Origin: a virus
Virus genome (UHGV): UHGV-0247968
Strand: one strand, 5' to 3'
DNA length: 63,293 nucleotides
Each line of letters begins with the position of its first letter. Within the stretch, counting starts at the first letter, position 1. The position numbers and the translations under genes were made by a program. Below the pieces are notes generated by a model. It did not search any database. It saw only the letters and a program-made list of their open reading frames with translations, and was not told where the DNA came from. Of this stretch, positions 57,362 through 63,293 are shown piece after piece.

Positions 57362-57587
57362 GGTATTGCTTCCCCTGCCTGCTCTTTGACAATGCGGACA
57401 GCCCGCCCATCCGCTCGCGCCTCATGGCGCACAAGCGCCATCCCCGCCCCTCGCGTCTGCCATCGTGCCACGTTGAGACGGCGCGGCGCATGCCATGAGA
57501 CAACGCGAGGGACACGGATGCACCGGCACAGTGCTGGCCTGATATAGAGACATCACACGGATGGGGGAGACGGAAAGGGGATGCACC

Positions 57588-58256
57588 ATGAGCAACACCA
57601 ATACCGCCACCACCAACAACACCACCACCACCAAGCCCGCCGCCGTGCCTACGGCGAAGGTCTTCGCCGGATACGTCGATGAGCTGATGGCAGCTGGTGC
57701 CGCCGTCGAAAAGGTAGCGGCCAAGATCGCACTGGCCGCCACCAGACAGGCCGCCCATCGGTCAAGCCTGTCCTACCTCAACGCAGCCTATGCCGCGTTC
57801 AAGCGGTGCCACCTCACATGCCTGCCGCAGCTCACTCGCTACGCGCTGGGCGCGCTGGGCGGCATGGCCGCCGATGACAAAGGCAATCCTGTGATTTCCC
57901 GGTCAAAGTCTCTCCTGCGCGTCACAGACGCGCGGGAGAGGAAGCAGAACGGTGGAGATGCTTTCGACTGGGCAGTCGAACCGAAGGACGCACGAGCCAA
58001 GGAAGAGCTGGCAAGAGCCCGCAGGGCTCTTGCTCACAGTGACTTCGCCGACTTCCTGACCGCGCCCACGGCTTCGGCCAAGCCCCTGAAGGAAGACGGC
58101 ATGACGCAATCTGAACGCGAATTGCGGGCGTTACTCAACTGGGCACGTCGGAATAACAAGGCCGCCACCAGCAAGCGTGCTGGTGAGCGCGGCTACACGG
58201 AACTTCAAGACGCGCTCCGCGCCGTCAAGGCACTGTTCAAGGAATTTGACGATTAA
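57588..58256 (+). CDS. hypothetical Ala-rich protein (first gene of the + strand block)
   Basis: GGAAAGGGGA RBS before the ATG at 57588. N-terminal T/N-rich tract. Confidence 0.5.
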   Translation: MSNTNTATTNNTTTTKPAAVPTAKVFAGYVDELMAAGAAVEKVAAKIALAATRQAAHRSSLSYLNAAYAAFKRCHLTCLPQLTRYALGALGGMAADDKGNPVISRSKSLLRVTDARERKQNGGDAFDWAVEPKDARAKEELARARRALAHSDFADFLTAPTASAKPLKEDGMTQSERELRALLNWARRNNKAATSKRAGERGYTELQDALRAVKALFKEFDD

Positions 58257-58259
58257 CAA

Positions 58260-59205
58260 CAAAACAACCTCTCCCCCTTCCATGTGGTGCCTCTATGTCT
58301 GGGATACCCGCCTGAGTGATAGGTTAACGACGGAACCGCACATGGTGGTGCGCTCCAGTAATCTGGTGCGTCCAGTGTGAACATGTGCGGATAGTGTCGT
58401 GTGGTGTGAAGGCACGACACAAAGGGCCGATGTATGATTAGCACACTGCGTGTGCGAGTTATACAGAGCGGCCCATGTATGACTGGCACGCGACGTGAAA
58501 CTATTACGCTGCGTGCCAGTCATACAATGAAGCTGTTTCACCAGCGAAAGTAAAAACAACTTACGTCAAATGTGATAATGTTTCTCAAAAGTCTTTGAAG
58601 GCTTTTTCGAGTGTTGTTTTTACTGAATTTTACATGATTTTAACACTCGCGAAAGTTTAGCACTCGCGAAAGATGAAGTGTGAAACTTTTGCGCGTAGGC
58701 AAAACTTATGCGAGTGTGTAGCAAGAAAATGCAACAATACAGGAAAAAAGTTGCGAGAAAACGACGAACACTCGCGAAAGTTCTGCCTACGCGCAAAAGT
58801 TTCACAGTTTGACTTATGCGAGAGAGTAAACTTTCATTTTGCTGTGAAGATTCCTGCAAAAGCTGCATGGCACCAAACAGCAAGGGAGAAGAAAAGAAAA
58901 AATACAATAATAATAATATATTATATATTATATATATTATATATATATTCTTCCTTCTCACAGAAGAAATTTCTTTTTCATTTTTCTGCCGATTTTTACC
59001 CCTTGCTGGAGATTTTTCGCGGGTTGAGAATGTTGCGTGTTTTTTGCGCTGTTCTCCCCCTTCTCCACATTCTTGGCTGTTCTTTCCAAATCGGCAAAAA
59101 ACTTTCAATCTTTTATGAGTAGCCTTCCTCACCTTCTCTACCTTCTTACTCACACAAGGCTACTCACTTTGTTTTTCAACCCCAAAAAGTGTCGAGGGAG
59201 GACAC
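58260..59205. repeat. ~950-bp AT-rich non-coding region with iterons and inverted repeats (candidate replication origin / regulatory hub)
   Basis: CACTCGCGAAAG x3 (58644, 58661, 58769). 22-bp inverted repeat gtgaaacttttgcgcgtaggca (58680-58701) / tgcctacgcgcaaaagtttcac (58784-58805). Direct repeats ACTTATGCGAG (58703, 58811). TGTATGA(C/T)T iterons direct at 58431 and 58476, inverted at 58511-58526 (16-bp perfect IR with 19-nt spacer). (TA)n/ATATT microsatellite 58900-58950. Confidence 0.6.
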
Positions 59206-59210
59206 GCAAA

Positions 59211-59498
59211 ATGGCAGTGAAATTGTATCGTATCATCAACGCCAGCAAGACCTGCAAAGGTCGTGCGGCATGGCGGCTTGACGAGGTTCTGTATCCGGCG
59301 AGCCTCCCCTGCAATCCGGTAACGCCGGATGAATTGCAGGCGGCCATCTGGAAACAGCTCGACGAAGAATCTTGGTTCCCGCCCATCGTGGCGTTCGAAT
59401 GGCACGACGGCAACCTTTACCTCGTGCAGCATCCGCGCCTCAATGTGGTCGTGCGGCATGTGCTGACGGCATGGCGCAAGACGCATGCTGCCGAATAA
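59211..59498 (+). CDS. hypothetical protein
   Basis: GAGGGAGG RBS. 95 aa. Confidence 0.5.
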   Translation: MAVKLYRIINASKTCKGRAAWRLDEVLYPASLPCNPVTPDELQAAIWKQLDEESWFPPIVAFEWHDGNLYLVQHPRLNVVVRHVLTAWRKTHAAE

Positions 59499-59545
59499 CC
59501 TTTACCCCGGCCCGTCTTCGGGCCGGGCTTTCAGGAAAAAGCACT

Positions 59546-59965
59546 ATGAAGAAGCCTGAACTGCAATTGTCTAATATCCGTGCGCTGATGGAAAAAACTT
59601 ACCGGGGCATTGCCAAGGTAACGGGGCATGAAGACGTCGACCTCGTGAAAGAACAACACCATTCCCGTGTCGTCCCCACGCCGAAGCGTGAAGTCACCAA
59701 CGAAGAAGTGTTGGTGTGCTGGGGAGCTGTCTCGGCTGCTTCCAGTGCGGACGTTATGACGCAGGACGACTTCGACGCTGGCCTGCTGCTGACGGGACAT
59801 GCCGAGCCTGAAGTCACTGGCGCCATCATTCTGGCTATGTGTGACAGGCTGCTCAAGGTCGGCGTCGAGGCCGGGGCCTTCCCCAATGTCCGCGTGCCGC
59901 TGGCTATGCTGGCGTCGAGCATCATCCCGGACATGTCCGATGATGACAGGTGCGGCCATGCCTAG
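59546..59965 (+). CDS. hypothetical protein
   Basis: ORF with AGGAAAAAG upstream. Confidence 0.45.
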   Translation: MKKPELQLSNIRALMEKTYRGIAKVTGHEDVDLVKEQHHSRVVPTPKREVTNEEVLVCWGAVSAASSADVMTQDDFDAGLLLTGHAEPEVTGAIILAMCDRLLKVGVEAGAFPNVRVPLAMLASSIIPDMSDDDRCGHA

Positions 59966-60140
59966 CGGTACTCCCCGCTTGTATATCGACCTCAACAGCG
60001 GCGAGGTCTTCCTCGGCCTCGCCGCTGTGCGTCTGGCGCGGCCCGGAGCGTTCATCGTCCCCGTTTCGTGGGACGACCCTGACCTCAACCCTGCTGACCC
60101 TGCCACTTGGGCAGGCTATATGGAGAAGCACCATGTGTAG
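59958..60140 (+). CDS. small hypothetical protein
   Basis: Overlaps the previous stop. Confidence 0.35.
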   Translation: MPSGTPRLYIDLNSGEVFLGLAAVRLARPGAFIVPVSWDDPDLNPADPATWAGYMEKHHV

Positions 60141-60462
60141 ATACAACAACAAGATTTCCAAGGCCGCCGCGCAGGCGTTCATCGAGCGCCGTCCCTTCCG
60201 CCGGGACAACACGGAAGTCGTCGTCACTTCCCCCTCCTGCGCCGTGTTGAAGTTGCACGGCAACATCATCGGCGAGAACTCTGCGTCCCGTGGGATGCAT
60301 CTGACGATGGCTGGGTGGGGCACCATGACCACGGCGGCCCGGCTCAACGCCGTCATGCTGGCCCTGGGGCTGGGCGTCAGATGGTTCCGCAAGAACTGGG
60401 AATGGCACTACGGCGACAGGGTGCTGGAGAGCACGAACGAAGTGGTGGAAGTGGAGGTGTAA
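60133..60462 (+). CDS. hypothetical protein
   Basis: 8-nt overlap with the previous gene. Confidence 0.4.
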   Translation: MCRYNNKISKAAAQAFIERRPFRRDNTEVVVTSPSCAVLKLHGNIIGENSASRGMHLTMAGWGTMTTAARLNAVMLALGLGVRWFRKNWEWHYGDRVLESTNEVVEVEV

Positions 60463-60463
60463 C

Positions 60464-61423
60464 ATGGAATATTGTCTCTACGACTTCGGTGAGATTTTCA
60501 CCGGCAAGAAGTCGGGCAAGCTGGTTCCCGGTTTCACCGGTGACCCTGTGCATCCGCTGGCTCCGGCCTGCGTGGCCGACTATGAGTACCCTGCGTGGAG
60601 CCGTGACGTGTTCCTGTGGTGGTGCGGCGAGAAGCCCGAGCCGCTGTATATCGGCGGCCCGACCGGCTGCGGCAAGTCAAGCCTTATCCGTCAGCTCGCT
60701 TCCAGACTGCTCTACCCTGTCTATGAGGTGACTGGCCATTCCCGGCTGGAGACGCCGGAGCTTATCGGTCACCACGCCCTGAAGGACGGCGCCACTGTCT
60801 GGGTGGACGGCCCGCTGACTTCGGCTATGCGGCACGGAGGCATATTCTTAATTGACGAAGTGGACTTGCTCGACCCGGGCACGGCCACTGGTCTGAACAC
60901 TGTCCTCGATGGCGCTCCCCTGTGCATCCCTGACACGGGCGAGACTGTCATGCCCCATCCCGGGTTCCGGTTCGTCGCCACTGCCAACACCTTCGGCGAC
61001 GGCGACATGTCGGGCAGGTATCAGGGCACGCTGCGGCTGAACGCCGCCTTCATGGACAGGTTCGTGGTGCTTGAGGCCACGTTCCTGCCCGAAGTCGCGG
61101 AGCTGCGCCTGCTCGCCCGTCGCGCCCCGTCGCTGCCGGAAGAACTGCGCAAGGGCATGGTGCGGCTGGCGGGCATGGTGCGCGACCAGTCGAAGCTGCC
61201 CAGCGATGTGCCCCGGGCCCAGGCCCTCGAAGGCATGACCTTCTCGACCCGCACGCTGCTCAGGTGGGCGACGTGGACGGAGGCGTGCAGGCCGCAGGCC
61301 ATGCGTGCCGGTGAACCCCCCGTCGCCTATGCGCTCACGAGAGCGCTGGGCAACAGGTGCGGAGAAGGTGGAAGACGTGTGCTGGATGAGCTTGTCCAGC
61401 GTGTGTTCGACATCAGCAAGTAG
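60464..61423 (+). CDS. AAA+ ATPase of the MoxR/CobS (AAA_5) type
   Basis: Walker A GGPTGCGKSS, Walker B IFLIDEVDLL, sensor-1 VATANT. Typical partner of VWA proteins. Confidence 0.75.
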   Translation: MEYCLYDFGEIFTGKKSGKLVPGFTGDPVHPLAPACVADYEYPAWSRDVFLWWCGEKPEPLYIGGPTGCGKSSLIRQLASRLLYPVYEVTGHSRLETPELIGHHALKDGATVWVDGPLTSAMRHGGIFLIDEVDLLDPGTATGLNTVLDGAPLCIPDTGETVMPHPGFRFVATANTFGDGDMSGRYQGTLRLNAAFMDRFVVLEATFLPEVAELRLLARRAPSLPEELRKGMVRLAGMVRDQSKLPSDVPRAQALEGMTFSTRTLLRWATWTEACRPQAMRAGEPPVAYALTRALGNRCGEGGRRVLDELVQRVFDISK

Positions 61424-61435
61424 GAGGATTGACCT

Positions 61436-61969
61436 ATGGGTATCTACAGTGATGTTGCCCTGGTGCTGAACAGCAAGGGTATGGAATGTCTCAACGCGCA
61501 GCTTGAAAAGCTGGACAGGGACATGCGTGATGACGTGCTGGAGTTCCTCGGCTGGGCCGACGAAGAGGCCGAGAGCGCGAGCGAATGGTTGCTGTGCTGG
61601 CGTGACATCAAGTGGTATGGAGACGACACTATCGACGTGCTCGTGAGTATCCTGGATGCGATGCCCGAGGCGTACTACAGGTTCCGGCGCGTCGAAGAGA
61701 CGGGCGATTCCGAATACTATGGGGAGCTGTGTGGCGAGTTCAACGTCATCGCCGTGCACAGGCTGCAGTGGAGGGACACGACGGTCGTGCCCGCGCCGAC
61801 GCTGTACTCTCTGCGACCGCCCGTCATCACGGCTGAGGATGTGGCCGATATGCTGGGCATGACCGTGGCCCAGGCCGAAGATTTCCTGCTCGATAACAGC
61901 ACCCGCATCATCCAGCGCATGATGGCCTCGGCCTGGTCGGCCATCGCAGACATCAAGCGCAGCATGTGA
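61436..61969 (+). CDS. hypothetical protein
   Basis: ORF with AGGAGGATTGACCT upstream. Confidence 0.45.
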   Translation: MGIYSDVALVLNSKGMECLNAQLEKLDRDMRDDVLEFLGWADEEAESASEWLLCWRDIKWYGDDTIDVLVSILDAMPEAYYRFRRVEETGDSEYYGELCGEFNVIAVHRLQWRDTTVVPAPTLYSLRPPVITAEDVADMLGMTVAQAEDFLLDNSTRIIQRMMASAWSAIADIKRSM

Positions 61970-61979
61970 GGATACGACG

Positions 61980-62300
61980 ATGACGCGCAAAGAATACCTC
62001 GACCTTTCCCGTCTCGGCAATGGCATCGAAGCCTTCCACCAGTATTACAGCCAGTTCGTGACGCCGTATGTGACGGAAGTCGTGCGGACGTACATCGGTG
62101 AAGACATCATCCGGGCGTCGAAAGACGTTCACTTCAACGACATCCCCATCAAGCTGTGGGACAAACTCATTCCGCTTGTCCGTCACGGCATCGCCAGCAA
62201 GAACGAAAAGCTCAACGGTACGCGGGCCGTGTCCGAGTGCGAGTGCGTGTGCACGCTGAAGACTGCGGCCCATATCATCAGGGACAGTTTCAACAACTAG
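61980..62300 (+). CDS. hypothetical protein
   Basis: ORF. Confidence 0.45.
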   Translation: MTRKEYLDLSRLGNGIEAFHQYYSQFVTPYVTEVVRTYIGEDIIRASKDVHFNDIPIKLWDKLIPLVRHGIASKNEKLNGTRAVSECECVCTLKTAAHIIRDSFNN

Positions 62301-62312
62301 GAGGAAAGCACC

Positions 62313-63278
62313 ATGTCCGAAAACAACGTGAGCTACATGAACAACTGCGTGTATCTGAAGCTGGACATCTCCATCTGGACGGGCAAGGCCCGCCTCACCC
62401 CCGAAGACATCCCCGATGCCGTGGTCGACATGCCGCCCGAGGCGCTGGCTACGCTCGGTTCCAAGCGCATCTTCGACCCCCAGGCGTTGCGCCCCTTCAA
62501 CGCCGCGAAGACCAAGGCGTTCCGCACCTGCGACCAGTACGGTGTGCGCTGCATGGGCGGCTGGCTGGTGGATAACGGCGTCCTCAACATTCTGACTGCC
62601 GAGCTCGACAAGCTGCGCGGAGAGTTCGACCGCAGCGTCGGTACGTTCATCTCCACCTATGAGGACGGGGCGTCGAACTGGCTCCAGCAGTTTCCCGAAT
62701 GGGAGGGCATCATCCGTGCCGCCTTGCCCGACAGCACGGACATCGGGAAGAAGTTCGCGTTCAGGTACTACGTCCTCAAGGTGCAGACCGAGAACCACGA
62801 CGCCCAGGATGCGACTTCCGAGGCCCCGTCAACGGCTGCTGCTACCATCGCCGCTGAGATTGCCCGCATCAGGGAGCAGGTGTTCAACGACGACCGCACG
62901 TCGCCCGTGACCAGCAAGACCTTCTGCTGCCTCGACACCCTCGCCGACCGGTGTGACAACATGTCCTTCGTGCATCCCGGCTTTGCCCATCTGGCCCATC
63001 TGCTCCGCAGTATCGTGGTCAACAGCACCGACGTGAATGTCGTGCGCGCCTTCCTGACCGGGCTCTCCACGCCCGAGGCCGTGGCCGCCGTGACACAGGA
63101 GACTCGCATCTATGACTTCGAGAAGGACAGCCTCGATATGCCCGAGCCTGCTGCGCCCGTGGATATGCCTGAGCCTGCTGCTCCCGTGGAGATGCCCGAG
63201 CCTGTGGCCCCCGTCGTCACCAGCCAGCCCACCACTGCCGACGACAGCCTCGCTGCCCTTCTCTCTGACTTCATCTAA
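62313..63278 (+). CDS. hypothetical protein (possibly the DUF3150-type protein that accompanies phage CobS/CobT-like pairs) with a C-terminal (DMPEPAAPV)x3 repeat
   Basis: AGGAGGAAAGCACC ATG. Assignment to DUF3150 is from memory of gene neighbourhoods only. Confidence 0.45.
   Translation: MSENNVSYMNNCVYLKLDISIWTGKARLTPEDIPDAVVDMPPEALATLGSKRIFDPQALRPFNAAKTKAFRTCDQYGVRCMGGWLVDNGVLNILTAELDKLRGEFDRSVGTFISTYEDGASNWLQQFPEWEGIIRAALPDSTDIGKKFAFRYYVLKVQTENHDAQDATSEAPSTAAATIAAEIARIREQVFNDDRTSPVTSKTFCCLDTLADRCDNMSFVHPGFAHLAHLLRSIVVNSTDVNVVRAFLTGLSTPEAVAAVTQETRIYDFEKDSLDMPEPAAPVDMPEPAAPVEMPEPVAPVVTSQPTTADDSLAALLSDFI
63135..63212 (+). repeat. 27-bp tandem repeat x3 encoding (D/E)MPEP(A/V)APV
   Basis: gatatgcccgagcctgctgcgcccgtg x3 read directly. 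Confidence 0.85.
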
Positions 63279-63293
63279 AATCCTTTTCCGCGC

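Noticed and set aside
58620-59153. ORFs of 177 aa (- strand) and 149 aa (+ strand, 58673..59122) inside the AT-rich region
   Set aside because: Products are low-complexity (IIIIYYILYILYIY...). The region is full of iterons and inverted repeats and has no RBS. Treated as non-coding.
853-63212. Possible CRISPR array among the tandem repeats
   Set aside because: All repeat tracts are short in-frame coding tandem repeats (8-16 codons) without unique spacers or a conserved 28-37-bp repeat. Not CRISPR.
1-63293. tRNA or rRNA genes
   Set aside because: No cloverleaf-compatible sequences (no conserved GTTCGAATC-type T-loops in intergenic regions) and no rRNA-like segments were recognised by eye.

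Overview
GC-rich (~60%) genome of a tailed dsDNA phage or prophage, possibly complete and circularly permuted: a + strand operon appears to run off the 3' end of the window and resume at the 5' end. Plus-strand block (57.6 kb -> end -> 14.0 kb): early and replication genes. These include a MoxR/CobS-like AAA+ ATPase, a VWA/HExxH protein, a HicA-like toxin, a family A DNA polymerase, a Cas4-like exonuclease, a VRR-NUC nuclease, an SNF2 helicase and an AEP primase fused to an SF3 helicase. Minus-strand block (56.97 kb -> 14.2 kb), in transcription order: a nucleotide-metabolism cluster (DEDDh exonuclease, dUTPase, a non-canonical ThyX-like protein, two Rcl/DUF4406-like proteins) interrupted by an IS605-family TnpB element. 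It is followed by small membrane/acidic-protein modules, a lysis cassette (lipoprotein, M15 endolysin, holin-like), Mtd-type tail fibers, small and large terminase subunits, portal, scaffold, capsid, tail proteins, two >1100-aa virion proteins and a collagen-like fiber protein. Non-coding highlights: a ~950-bp AT-rich, iteron-rich region at 58.26-59.2 kb (candidate origin); a consensus promoter plus highly structured leader upstream of the primase gene; a candidate antisense small RNA in the tail-gene block; and a bidirectional terminator at 14.07-14.12 kb. No rRNA, tRNA or CRISPR array was recognised. All calls rest on motif reading and gene context only; no database search was run. Coordinates of features outside the supplied ORF table are accurate to about +/-2 nt.
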